From positions 1 through 56,048 of the IMG/VR virus record IMGVR_UViG_3300032286_000209: a DNA stretch of 56,048 nucleotides; one strand, written 5' to 3'. Position 1 is the stretch's first letter, and every line of letters begins with the position of its first letter. The position numbers were made by a program, and so were the translations under genes. The notes under the pieces are model-generated. The model did no database searches. It worked only from the letters and a program-made list of their open reading frames with translations, and had not been told where the DNA came from. The stretch is from a virus. Taxonomy: Duplodnaviria > Caudoviricetes. This document shows, in pieces, positions 10,201 to 18,414 of the stretch.

Positions 10201-10765
10201 TAGAGTGCAGGGTAAACTGCCAATCCTGAAAGAAGACCTACCTGAAGCTGTGCCTCGCCTTAGAGAAGGGCCAATTGTTAAGGAAGGTGAATTCTTTAAT
10301 AGCTTGGTTGGTATCAGAGAGATACCGAAGAAGACACCAGCAGAGGAAGAGATTACTAAAGTTAATGCTGATCCATTCAGAGTATATGGTGGTAGCAGTG
10401 GCAATAAGACTTATGACAGAGCATTCATTGAGCAAGTTAATCCTCGCGCCATTGCTTATATCGAGAAGCTGATTGAGAAGGACACATATCAGAAGCTGTC
10501 CTTAGCAGAGAAAAGAGAGAAGATACAGGCAGTGCTGTCTAGAGCAACAGAAGTTGCTACACTACAGACACGGGCTAGCTTTATGGAAACTCCTGAAGGT
10601 AGGACAATGCTGAACAAGATGGAGTTTGACAAGCTCACTGCTGATGATCGTAAGATTATTAATGAGCGCTATGCTAAGGAACACAATGGTATTACTTTGG
10701 AAGAGGCTAACGCCTACGATAAGGTGAAGGCTTACAAAGCTAAGTTAGCTAATGTGAAGAATTAA
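7298..10765 (+). CDS. Large internal virion/ejection protein (positional analogue of T7 gp16)
   Basis: 1155 aa; Gly/Ala-rich amphipathic segments; FPRFM motif; position at the end of the late arm. Confidence 0.65.
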   Translation: MDYEALAKKYGGETVAPQVSPGRQQRTPTLYDVDYSKVAKEFGGTTISDSGDLPEAPMLLPPILVESSSAAAPVADKSRVSAAFSYKSKLAEKFAPRAEAMQEKVAQAKLTEESKIPVAKLSSDPENYKTILDFSKARYNRVPAKGETKEEFVSKFLTDMRNDDFNTLDLVSTLNYMRNAKPEDAAKTALAKALYEKTASPFDVRGGGQKGFSPYYDVLKALATDPVNYFGGVTGFFGKQAIKAGIRQQTAAALGQQAAKTGVAKALTATPTKVVATATGGEAVIGVAQSAAQQRLGQETQKALGQEVDDLSASQMAVAAIFSASFGYVGAKGTMTTFGKSGADDLNNLMDKAKKEAAVTNPNAPTTPVERQLADPVAAQMNLEAEEFMKREGKRILDEVSPATPLLDAKIANDMSARAVRVARHIIENDPSFQLGPNEKISTAISSVFSKLDSGEINDAVLEQAINAAGLTPREFAQANKLTVTEAASIMQQYSVASRAMNKLKEIDPEFKKMADELFGKPDDYTSAIGWVGKGISRVERESKAFVVSGIGTTVRNVLGTMPVLTYTSAASVIEGTLYTAGKVLSDGASGQRLQTLKRGMADTMKDAFSVYGYLAKTDLSDEVTYSLLEHNPSIRNNILSATQEGSNKELSQAAQLFNSLNATQDAWFRKAIFNAAVEKNARRAGLDPFLIMAEGKSVPASILQKSADDALKSTFSYQPKVQPKGLGSLEAGAETTANYFIKAAELPGGSLFATFPRFMSNAIAFQYRYSVLGAASGAEDMLRGGAMEAAGDAAGAGLKRQGQENLAKGVVGTAALAAAYDYRMNNQDSNWAEIKKEDGSSVDMRSIFPIGPLLAVADVIAKVKLGEKPDTAGALEAVVGMKMPAGTQSQFLDQLFAAFSSEKDADKMEVAVGKVLGDFTARFAAPFVFKSGYEFLDLFREQGTIQRDPNVITADTTTGRIAEAAVNRVQGKLPILKEDLPEAVPRLREGPIVKEGEFFNSLVGIREIPKKTPAEEEITKVNADPFRVYGGSSGNKTYDRAFIEQVNPRAIAYIEKLIEKDTYQKLSLAEKREKIQAVLSRATEVATLQTRASFMETPEGRTMLNKMEFDKLTADDRKIINERYAKEHNGITLEEANAYDKVKAYKAKLANVKN

Positions 10766-10778
10766 TTGGGGATATCTT

Positions 10779-12626
10779 TTGGCATTATTTAGTAAATTAG
10801 CTGCTCCTCTTATTGAGGAAGTTGGCACAGATGTGCTTAAAAAAGAGGCAGGTGTTGTAGCTTCTAAAGTTGTTAAGCCATCTCCTCTTATATCTAAAAC
10901 AGCTACATCTGTTTCTAAGAAACAACTGGAGATGGAGGCTGCTTCTGCTGTTGATGATGTCTTGGGCATCGCCCCTAAACCAAAGGTAGTGGAGCAGACA
11001 GCTATAGTGCTGGCTAAGAAGAAGCCCGCTGCTGTCATTCCCGACATCCCCCTTTCATCCACTAAGCGCCCCGTCTTTCAGCCTACATCTACTTCTAAGG
11101 TGGTAAAAGACGAAGGGCTATATTTAGGTGAGGTGGAAAGAGAAGGACGCTTTGTAGATAATGCAGAGCCTGTGCTTGCTAAGCAGGAAGCTGCACCAGC
11201 ACCAGAAGCCGCTGTAACTCCTACACCACCAGCAGAAGAAGTTCCTGTGTGGAAACAGCAATACGATCTGTATAAGAAGTACGAAGCAGAAGGAGAAGAT
11301 GTTGGAGACTTCGATCCCGATGCACCTTTCTCTTGGAACAATCCTGAGAAACAAGAAGTAAGACCGGCAAAGCTACCAGAAGCACCAGCTATTCCTGAAT
11401 CTAAAGTGGTTCAAGGTAACTTAGATAATACTAGCTTTGCACGAAATGGGCCTACCTCTAGAAAGCAAGTGCTGTCCACCATCAGGGAAATAAGAACAGA
11501 TGCTTTTGATAGCCTTATCAATCTTCCTAAAGTAAAAGAATTACCAGATGCTGAAGATGTAATGGCAGTGGTGCAGGGAGACTTCCGATTAAATCAAGGC
11601 AGAGAGATTAATCTTTCTAGCCCTAAGGATATAGCCGTTGTTGAAGATATGGCTGCTTCAGCGCAGAAGAGATTAGACGCTTTGCGTGTGGAATACAAGG
11701 ATACGCCACCTATTAAACTCTATCATGGTAAGGATGCCACATGGAATGAAGCACCTACCAATAGATTTATAACAGGCTTTGAAGACCCACAAAAGTTTAG
11801 TAAATACCACAGTGAGTTGGAAGTGGGCGGCACATCTTTCACCAGAGATCTTAACCTCAATTTTGAGACATCCTCTTTTGGTGGTACAAATCCCAACAAG
11901 TTCTTGTACACCGAAATGCCGTATGCTGATTACATGTTTAAGAGAATTAACATGACACCGACAGCATACGAAGATAAGAATTTGAATGTCATTGCTCAGT
12001 CAATCAATGGATCTGACAGAGTAATTAGACCCGTTAGCATACCTAGGTCTGCCAGCTTCAAAGAAACAGAAGACATGATTACGGAGACAGACAAGCTTCG
12101 TCCTGAAGGAAAAGGAACAGGCAGTCAGCTAGAAGTTAAATCAGGGAAGACTGAAGTGGCTGATAAGTCTGCTGGATTCTTGGAGAGAAGAAAACAAGAA
12201 GATAAGATTAAAGAGAACATCATCTCTTTATCCGGTGACTTAAACACAGAGAGAGGTGTTGTTGCTGCTAATAAGATTTACACTGAGCTAAGAAATCTTC
12301 TCAACAATTATCTAGAGAAAGCTAGCCTGACATCCACTAGGGCAGGGATGGGCCAGCGATATCACCAAGAACTTACTAACTTAGGTGTTATCAGAGGAGA
12401 GAAAGATGTTGTGTCTACAGACTCAATGCTTAAAACAGTAAGCACTATCTTGGAAAAGCAAGGGTCTAAAGAGAAAGCATCCCTACTCAGATCTTTGAGA
12501 ACTGAGTTGAGAGTGCTTGAACAGGGCTACAGAGCAGACTCACAAAAACAAGTGCAGTCTGTCAACAAAGTTAGAGAGCTAACCCAGAAGTTTGCTAAGG
12601 GTGGGTTAGCTTCTAAGAAGAGTTAG
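10779..12626 (+). CDS. Putative virion cargo protein with candidate ADP-ribosyltransferase-like domain; C-terminal FAKGG tag
   Basis: TTG start with SD GGGGA; IKLYHG...F...GGTSFTRD pattern; ends KFAKGGLASKKS. Confidence 0.5.
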   Translation: MALFSKLAAPLIEEVGTDVLKKEAGVVASKVVKPSPLISKTATSVSKKQLEMEAASAVDDVLGIAPKPKVVEQTAIVLAKKKPAAVIPDIPLSSTKRPVFQPTSTSKVVKDEGLYLGEVEREGRFVDNAEPVLAKQEAAPAPEAAVTPTPPAEEVPVWKQQYDLYKKYEAEGEDVGDFDPDAPFSWNNPEKQEVRPAKLPEAPAIPESKVVQGNLDNTSFARNGPTSRKQVLSTIREIRTDAFDSLINLPKVKELPDAEDVMAVVQGDFRLNQGREINLSSPKDIAVVEDMAASAQKRLDALRVEYKDTPPIKLYHGKDATWNEAPTNRFITGFEDPQKFSKYHSELEVGGTSFTRDLNLNFETSSFGGTNPNKFLYTEMPYADYMFKRINMTPTAYEDKNLNVIAQSINGSDRVIRPVSIPRSASFKETEDMITETDKLRPEGKGTGSQLEVKSGKTEVADKSAGFLERRKQEDKIKENIISLSGDLNTERGVVAANKIYTELRNLLNNYLEKASLTSTRAGMGQRYHQELTNLGVIRGEKDVVSTDSMLKTVSTILEKQGSKEKASLLRSLRTELRVLEQGYRADSQKQVQSVNKVRELTQKFAKGGLASKKS

Positions 12627-12799
12627 TCTTGCTTGAAGTAAAGATATATAAAGCCGATAATCAGTCCCACGATCAAGAGAACTAGTGGGGCTAGCGTCGG
12701 TGCTAACACCAGCCACCAAGACCAATCAATAACATTGAAGAGCTTGGCTGCTACGAATACCAAAGTAAGCAGATGAAAAAAGTTAAGATTAATAGTCAT
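12623..12799 (-). CDS. Small 2-TM membrane protein (58 aa)
   Basis: Read manually: MTINLNFFHLLTLVFVAAKLFNVIDWSWWLVLAP...; IDWSWW motif common in phages; SD AAGGA. Confidence 0.75.
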   Translation of the reverse strand: MTINLNFFHLLTLVFVAAKLFNVIDWSWWLVLAPTLAPLVLLIVGLIIGFIYLYFKQD

Positions 12800-12817
12800 G
12801 TTATTTCCTTGAGTTGA

Positions 12818-12894
12818 TGGTTTGCCCTATTGGAATTGAACCAATGACCTACAGCTTAGAAGGCTGTTGCTCTATCCAACTGAGCTAAGGACAA
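12818..12894 (-). tRNA. tRNA-Arg(UCU)
   Basis: Cloverleaf TTGTCCT-TAGCTCAGTTGGATAGAGC...ACAGC-CTTCTAA-GCTGT...GGTTCAATTCC...AGGGCAA-A-CCA; encoded CCA; A20 present. Confidence 0.95.
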
Positions 12895-12901
12895 ATGTAA
12901 A

Positions 12902-12976
12902 TGGTTCCGGTTGACGGGCTTGAACCGCCGACCTACCGCTTACAAGGCGGTTGCTCTACCACTGAGCTAAACCGGA
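12902..12976 (-). tRNA. tRNA-Thr(UGU)
   Basis: TCCGGTT-TAGCTCAGTGGTAGAGC...ACCGC-CTTGTAA-GCGGT...GGTTCAAGCCC...AACCGGA-A-CCA. Confidence 0.95.
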
Positions 12977-12981
12977 AGGTC

Positions 12982-13164
12982 TTACTTGCCCTGCTTCAGT
13001 GCGTAGATGTTTTCAAAATAGCCCCTATCGAAGCCACGCTGCCACTCCTTACCCTGCACTGTGTCAGGATCGTACTGGTTGGCAAGCCAGCCCTTGTAAA
13101 AGGCCATCCTTCCTTGATCGAATTGGATCCGCAAAGGGGCAGTTCTTTCAAATTTGATAGTCAT
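12982..13164 (-). CDS. Small protein, loosely resembling ribosome modulation factor
   Basis: Start at MTIKFER (SD AAGGAG); FDQGRMAF...EWQRGFDRGY pattern. Confidence 0.5.
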   Translation of the reverse strand: MTIKFERTAPLRIQFDQGRMAFYKGWLANQYDPDTVQGKEWQRGFDRGYFENIYALKQGK

Positions 13165-13637
13165 GGTTTCTCCTTTAGTTGACTTATCTTGATGTTGTAG
13201 CAATCGCTCTTCACAGTGTAGCCGTTGGCTGGATCCACTGTACCTTTCTGCATGAAGACTGCATCCTTCATGTACTGGTCTTTATTATACACACCTAAAT
13301 ACCAGCCCACAGAGAAGTCATTCTTCACACGAACAAAGGCATAGTAGTCGCAGTCTTGCTTAGTGTTCAGAGCGGCAATAGAACAGTCGTAGGTAGGCAG
13401 CGGGACATAGCCCGTCTGCTTAGTCTTCACATCTATTCTAATGCCATCAGGTAACACAAGATCATAGTCATAGGTGTTGAATAGCTCACCACCTAAGACC
13501 TGCTGAGCAATAGCCTCACCAATGAAACCGGCAATATTGCCAGCCCCTCTGATGATGCTATTGCGTAACTGTCCCATCTCAGCAGCCTTGTCTCTGGCCT
13601 CGACCAGCATGGCTGGAGATATGACTACCTCTATCAT
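13161..13637 (-). CDS. PD-(D/E)xK-like nuclease
   Basis: GFIGE...YDYDL...IDVKTK motif; start MIEVV overlaps the RNR stop. Confidence 0.55.
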   Translation of the reverse strand: MIEVVISPAMLVEARDKAAEMGQLRNSIIRGAGNIAGFIGEAIAQQVLGGELFNTYDYDLVLPDGIRIDVKTKQTGYVPLPTYDCSIAALNTKQDCDYYAFVRVKNDFSVGWYLGVYNKDQYMKDAVFMQKGTVDPANGYTVKSDCYNIKISQLKEKP

Positions 13638-15547
13638 CTGATTGGGCAAGCGCCAGTAGCACACTCGTCATCAAGGCCAATGGTGGCTTCAGCAACTTGT
13701 GTGATGAGGCGGGTAGAGGCTATCAAAGCATTGTATTGCTCTTCAGTAATCTCTTCCAGCGGAGCTTGCTTAAAGCCATGCTCACTATGCAGTAGGAAAG
13801 ACAAGCTCTTGTGCGAGTTCTTGTAGTGCTTCTTCAGATACTTCTTGATCTCAGGTAGCTCTTCCTTCTTGTAGTAGATGGTGCAGCTAACACTGTTGTC
13901 ACTCCAATTCTCCTGCAACCAGCGGACAGTATCAAGCTGATCCAGTGCATCCACTTCGCTGGCAAGCGTAGCCAATTCCGTATGACGGAACGGGAACGAC
14001 ACCACCACAGTGCTGTGATCAGCAGAGCCATCAAAGTTTTGTTGGTACTCTACGGGATATCCGTGGTCACGGCAAGTCTGCACCAGCGGATGATTCGCAC
14101 TGATGCGAATACGCCTTATCATATGACGCGCATATGCTGGATGGCAACCCGGAGTAACTCCCGGCAGCAAGGACAGCGTACCACTAGGTTTGATGGTGGT
14201 CAACTTGATAGACTTGTTAAACCCATTCTGAGCGCTGTACTGCTCATCGTAGTCACGCAGGTAGGTGTAGACATCACTGAGCCATTCAAGCTGCTCCTTG
14301 GCGCTTTCTAGTACGCCTGTGATGCCAATACCCATACGCATGTTCTTGTTGACAACGGTTTGGGTGGACTCAAGATGGCAAGGCAAAGCCAAGCTGTGCT
14401 TGTTAATCCGATATAGCAATGTTGCTACATCCAGCAACTCTTCCTTTGAAGTAATGTTTGGCAAGAAGATTTCTGCTAAGCAGCAGGTTTCTTTATCAGC
14501 CAAGCTCTGCTCTGCACATGGGTTGTATCCCTGCACATCAGGATCGGGATACTTTGTATCTCCCAAGCGTCCCACCTTGCGAGACAGGCGCAGGTTAATC
14601 AGGCCGTAGGGTTCTCCCTTGCCTTCATAGCCATCCCAGAAGAATTCATGTAGGTCTTCAATGTCGTTACAGACAACGCTGTTGTTTGACATTGCTCTCC
14701 ATGAGGGAATGTTGCCCATGTCCCAGCGCTTAGCCAACAAGAATTCAACATCATCAGGATCGCCAATAGCAATCTGTGCAGAGCGGCGTACATTACCCGC
14801 CACCACCACAGCACCAATGATATTCATAATGTCCAAGCAGTCGATAGGACGCAGCTTACGCCCAGCACGGCGGGCTAAAATCTCGCTGATCTTCCCTATC
14901 CCCCACACCAAGTCCTCAGGCCCGCTGGCAGTGCCACCAAAGCCCTTGATGGGTGCGCCCTTGCTACGAATAAGCTGTGTGCTGTAGGTGAATGTCTGAT
15001 TACCGCTGCTGTGGGCTAGGAATGCTGCCTTCAATGTCTTACCAAGCAGGGCAACCCATCCTTCACGGCTGTCAGGAACAATAAACTGAGCGCCAGAACT
15101 ATCCACTCTAGTGGGAGCTTTGAAATTCTCATTAACAGCAGGTAGCTTGTCCACATTCTTCTTCTGAATGTTGTAGCCAACACCACTACCCAGCATCAAC
15201 AAGTCCATAGCCCAAGTGAAAGGCTCAACAGGCTTATCCACCACAGTGAAAGCACAATTCTGTAGGCTTGCAAGCCCCAGCTTATCCACTGTATTGGTTC
15301 CAAGCTGCCACAAGAAGCGACCAGCAACACTGCCTTTAAGTTCAAGGAAATGTTTAGTGAGTCGTGCTTGTTCTTCTGCTGTGAAGTTACAACCTAGCTG
15401 GTCATTGGTTGCATTCACCACACGCTTAATGGTGTCGGTGAATTCTTCTGTTGGGCTATTGATATCAGTCTCGTTAAGGCGGCGTGAATAGGTACGCTTG
15501 TATGTGAGGTAGCCAACAGATGACCAAGGGGTTTGAATGTCGTTCAT
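13634..15547 (-). CDS. nrdJ: Adenosylcobalamin-dependent (class II) ribonucleotide reductase, monomeric RTPR type
   Basis: TYKRTYSR, GRFLW, NCAF, VVAGNVRRSA, NPCAEQ, TIKPSGT, C-terminal CATGACPIR; no beta-subunit gene present. Confidence 0.93.
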   Translation of the reverse strand: MNDIQTPWSSVGYLTYKRTYSRRLNETDINSPTEEFTDTIKRVVNATNDQLGCNFTAEEQARLTKHFLELKGSVAGRFLWQLGTNTVDKLGLASLQNCAFTVVDKPVEPFTWAMDLLMLGSGVGYNIQKKNVDKLPAVNENFKAPTRVDSSGAQFIVPDSREGWVALLGKTLKAAFLAHSSGNQTFTYSTQLIRSKGAPIKGFGGTASGPEDLVWGIGKISEILARRAGRKLRPIDCLDIMNIIGAVVVAGNVRRSAQIAIGDPDDVEFLLAKRWDMGNIPSWRAMSNNSVVCNDIEDLHEFFWDGYEGKGEPYGLINLRLSRKVGRLGDTKYPDPDVQGYNPCAEQSLADKETCCLAEIFLPNITSKEELLDVATLLYRINKHSLALPCHLESTQTVVNKNMRMGIGITGVLESAKEQLEWLSDVYTYLRDYDEQYSAQNGFNKSIKLTTIKPSGTLSLLPGVTPGCHPAYARHMIRRIRISANHPLVQTCRDHGYPVEYQQNFDGSADHSTVVVSFPFRHTELATLASEVDALDQLDTVRWLQENWSDNSVSCTIYYKKEELPEIKKYLKKHYKNSHKSLSFLLHSEHGFKQAPLEEITEEQYNALIASTRLITQVAEATIGLDDECATGACPIR

Positions 15548-15568
15548 AATTCTCCTGTTTTGAAAGAT

Positions 15569-15591
15569 AAAAAAAGGGAGCCGATGCTCCC
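15569..15591 (-). terminator. Intrinsic terminator-like hairpin between the MazG-like gene and nrdJ
   Basis: Minus strand GGGAGC-ATCG-GCTCCC-TTTTTTT. Confidence 0.7.
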
Positions 15592-15616
15592 ATAGGGAAA
15601 GCAGTTATACTAGAGT

Positions 15617-15931
15617 TTACCGCTCATCCCCGCTACCCATAATTTTATTACGGGCTTTTCTGTCAGCTAGTTTTTCTAGATTAGCTGCACAGATTTCCGA
15701 CAGGCTTAGTCCTGCATCATCTGCTACAGCGCAGACCATCCACATAACATCACCAAGTTCTTTCTTCATCATTTCTTCCATGTTCTTTTCACCTGCTCCA
15801 TCGCGGATGAGTTTGGCAACAAGGCCCAATACTTCCCCAACTTCTGCTGCCAAATTAAATAAGGCATAGGCTTCGTTTGCACTGTCAAGCCGATATGACA
15901 TTGCTTCTGTTTGATAAAAATCTAAATCCAT
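15617..15931 (-). CDS. MazG-like nucleotide pyrophosphohydrolase
   Basis: LAAEVGEV...KKELGDVMW...NLEKLADRKARNKIMGSGDER. Confidence 0.9.
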   Translation of the reverse strand: MDLDFYQTEAMSYRLDSANEAYALFNLAAEVGEVLGLVAKLIRDGAGEKNMEEMMKKELGDVMWMVCAVADDAGLSLSEICAANLEKLADRKARNKIMGSGDER

Positions 15932-15958
15932 CTTATTCCTTATTTTAATTTTCTAGAT

Positions 15959-15994
15959 TGGAAACCCCTGTTATTTTATCGACAAGGGTTTCCA
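15959..15994. repeat. Intergenic inverted repeat
   Basis: TGGAAACCC...GGGTTTCCA with an inner TGT/ACA pair. Confidence 0.7.
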
Positions 15995-16009
15995 TATCAG
16001 GGACTAGTC

Positions 16010-16438
16010 TTACTCAGCCCACTCGTTCCAAACATTGGCAGTGAGATTCCAGAAGTAATCAGAAGCTGCTTCTTTGCCCATGTAAAGGGTAAGCAACTGT
16101 GATGCTGCGTGTGCAAGCTCAGCAGTTTCACCTTTCTCATCTTCTTCTTCAAATGCGTAATACTCATAGCAGGTTTTCAATTCTGCAATGACAGCAGCAT
16201 AGGGATCAGCTTCTTCTTCAGCTTCCTCTTCTTCTTCCTCTTCGTCCCAATCGAACAGCCCTTCTTCTTCTTCTTCTTCGACTGCTTCTTCAACAGCATG
16301 TTGTTGGGCAATGTAGTTCTGCAACATGGCAATGAAGCCCATGTTGATCAACTCCACTTTGGAGTCTTCGTCCATCTCAAGTCCGAGAATAGCGCTACCG
16401 TCCTCTTGCTCCGAGATATAAGTACAAGTAATGTTCAT
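16010..16438 (-). CDS. Highly acidic hypothetical protein
   Basis: Poly-Glu tracts EEEEEEGLFDWDEEEEEEEAEEE; N-terminal EQEDGSA motif. Confidence 0.7.
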   Translation of the reverse strand: MNITCTYISEQEDGSAILGLEMDEDSKVELINMGFIAMLQNYIAQQHAVEEAVEEEEEEGLFDWDEEEEEEEAEEEADPYAAVIAELKTCYEYYAFEEEDEKGETAELAHAASQLLTLYMGKEAASDYFWNLTANVWNEWAE

Positions 16439-16830
16439 TTTGATTTCCTTTTCAATTTCTCACTAAGAGTTTTTACCTTATGGCAATCCAGACACAATAT
16501 CTGAAAGCCTACCACTTCACAGTACATGTTCTCAATGTACTTATCCCAACTAACAAACCCGATAACTGGATCCACTACAGGATGGATATGATCTACCTGT
16601 ACATCATTAGCTACAAACTCTCCAGTGCATGCAGCGCATCTGTAATGCTGTGCCAACTTACCTGTCTTCTTATTTTCTTTTCTTCCTACCAGAGCATCCC
16701 TTAGTGCTGCATACTTAGGAGGCCACCTACGCGAGGCAGACCTCAGGGCTGATGTTACGAAGCTTCGATACCTAGCCTCTGTCCACTCACCACCATTACG
16801 GGGTTTGATGGTTTGTTTCTTAGAGGCCAT
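16435..16830 (-). CDS. HNH-type endonuclease of the replication module
   Basis: RRWPPK, CAAC, VQVDHIHPV, QILCLDCHKVKT. Confidence 0.8.
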   Translation of the reverse strand: MASKKQTIKPRNGGEWTEARYRSFVTSALRSASRRWPPKYAALRDALVGRKENKKTGKLAQHYRCAACTGEFVANDVQVDHIHPVVDPVIGFVSWDKYIENMYCEVVGFQILCLDCHKVKTLSEKLKRKSK

Positions 16831-16836
16831 CGGTAT

Positions 16837-17109
16837 CTATAGTCCCATCTTGTCAAGCTTGTTGACAATGAGTTGGGCATACCCAGCAATATCTTGCCAG
16901 CTATCTTTGTAATAAGGATCGCCATTAACAATGCGGGCAATCTTATTAGCAATCATGTCCAAGCTTTCACGCATATCATCCTGAGCAGCTTCGTTTATCA
17001 TGGCTCCGTTAGCTATGATGCGCTTTATCTCTTGGCTGGTGGTGGCTACATTGATGTACTCACCGTAGCGATCTCCTCGCTGCTCCAATATCTCAGCTAC
17101 AGAAGTCAT
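16837..17109 (-). CDS. Conserved phage nucleotide-metabolism-associated helical protein (DUF6378-like)
   Basis: RGDRYG...KIARIVNGDP...DSWQDIAGYA. Confidence 0.7.
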   Translation of the reverse strand: MTSVAEILEQRGDRYGEYINVATTSQEIKRIIANGAMINEAAQDDMRESLDMIANKIARIVNGDPYYKDSWQDIAGYAQLIVNKLDKMGL

Positions 17110-17471
17110 TGCACCCCTCCTACAGTGGGAGTATTGATATCGAAAGAGCGGAGGTCTTTGTCTAGGTCAGCAAAGCTGTTGTGATTGACATCGTAATCAA
17201 CATCAATCGCGTTGTGTGCATAGAACTTATTGCAGTGATCCATTATCTCTGTTGCCACTTCTTCGTTGCTTTCCATGAGTGGGACAACAGAGGCCAGCAA
17301 TACTGCCATGCCAATCATATCGTCCATTGCTTCCTTAGAAATAGTGACAGGGCCAAAGCCACTAATAACAACTTCAAATGTCTGATCCCACTGCCCATCT
17401 TCTCCCACATGAGGGCGCAAGATAATCGCAACATCATTGGGCTGTAGATCATTCTTAGGATTCCTTTTCAT
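17106..17471 (-). CDS. Hypothetical protein
   Basis: MKRNPKNDL start overlaps the exonuclease stop. Confidence 0.6.
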   Translation of the reverse strand: MKRNPKNDLQPNDVAIILRPHVGEDGQWDQTFEVVISGFGPVTISKEAMDDMIGMAVLLASVVPLMESNEEVATEIMDHCNKFYAHNAIDVDYDVNHNSFADLDKDLRSFDINTPTVGGVQ

Positions 17472-18187
17472 ACTGTGTCCTTCATCGGTGGTTGCCATAG
17501 TTCATCCTCATATCTTCTAAGCCAGAGCAGTCTGGCATTCTCTATAACTCTTTCCTCGTTCCCCTCATACTGCTCTAAACAAATGGAATACATTTCCATT
17601 TCATCTGTTGCTTCTGATAGGAGTTTGTCAGCAGTGACGGGGCCAACCCCTTTTATGCCTATGATATTATCAGCGGAATCCCCTGTTAATATTTGTTTGT
17701 AGAATCTATACATACCCTCTTCAGGAGTTATGTTATATCCTACCTTCTTTACAAAATTATAGTGCCAGCCAGCTATCTGATCTAAATCTTTATCGACAGA
17801 AGCAATGACAAAATTACTTTGCAACTTAGTTGCTTCTATTGCTATAGCATCATCAGCTTCTTGACCATCAATAATAACAGCGCCCCAATCATCTACCAAA
17901 TGTTTTCTCAACAGCGGTAAGTGTTGTGGTTTAGGCGCTGTCCTATTACCTTTATACACAGCAGTGGTTGCTATGTCTAGTCTGAAATTATTCTTACCTG
18001 TTAGGTAGAGTTTCCATTCATCGGCATAACAACCACTGTATGTATTATCAACGCCAATCAGTAGGATGTCGGTGAGATAACTGTTAAGAGATCTCTTAGC
18101 TGTTTTCCCATCGTCATCCTTACAAGCAAATGCTATGCGATAGGCAATAATGTCAGAGTCAACTAACGCTATCACCTTGCTTTGCAT
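17468..18187 (-). CDS. 5'-3' exonuclease (T7 gp6-like)
   Basis: ALVDSDII, NFR, YKGNR, EADDAI, DKDLDQI, GDSADNIIGIKGVG. Confidence 0.92.
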   Translation of the reverse strand: MQSKVIALVDSDIIAYRIAFACKDDDGKTAKRSLNSYLTDILLIGVDNTYSGCYADEWKLYLTGKNNFRLDIATTAVYKGNRTAPKPQHLPLLRKHLVDDWGAVIIDGQEADDAIAIEATKLQSNFVIASVDKDLDQIAGWHYNFVKKVGYNITPEEGMYRFYKQILTGDSADNIIGIKGVGPVTADKLLSEATDEMEMYSICLEQYEGNEERVIENARLLWLRRYEDELWQPPMKDTV

Positions 18188-18192
18188 TGTTG

Positions 18193-18402
18193 TTACTGAT
18201 CAAGATCTTCTAGGGGAAGTTCCATTTGGGCAGAATCTTCCGCAGCTTGTGCTGCCTGTGCCGCCTGTGCTGCTTCAACTTGAGGGATAGCCTGTCGTTG
18301 AATCTCATTGATGTGAGGAGCAGCCGCCTTATAAGGCAGTTCTCCCATACCAGTAAGCATCATATTAACGGTATCGATGTGCAAATTTAGTGTGATAAGC
18401 AT
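18193..18402 (-). CDS. Hypothetical protein
   Basis: 69 aa, ELPY...IQRQA motif; SD AAGGA. Confidence 0.65.
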   Translation of the reverse strand: MLITLNLHIDTVNMMLTGMGELPYKAAAPHINEIQRQAIPQVEAAQAAQAAQAAEDSAQMELPLEDLDQ

Positions 18403-18414
18403 TCCAGTTTTCCT

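Noticed and set aside
7298-10765. Virion RNA polymerase
   Set aside because: No DxDGD or T7-type polymerase motifs found; too short for an N4-type vRNAP.
12901-13182. 93-aa + strand ORF
   Set aside because: Antisense to tRNA-Thr and a real minus-strand gene.
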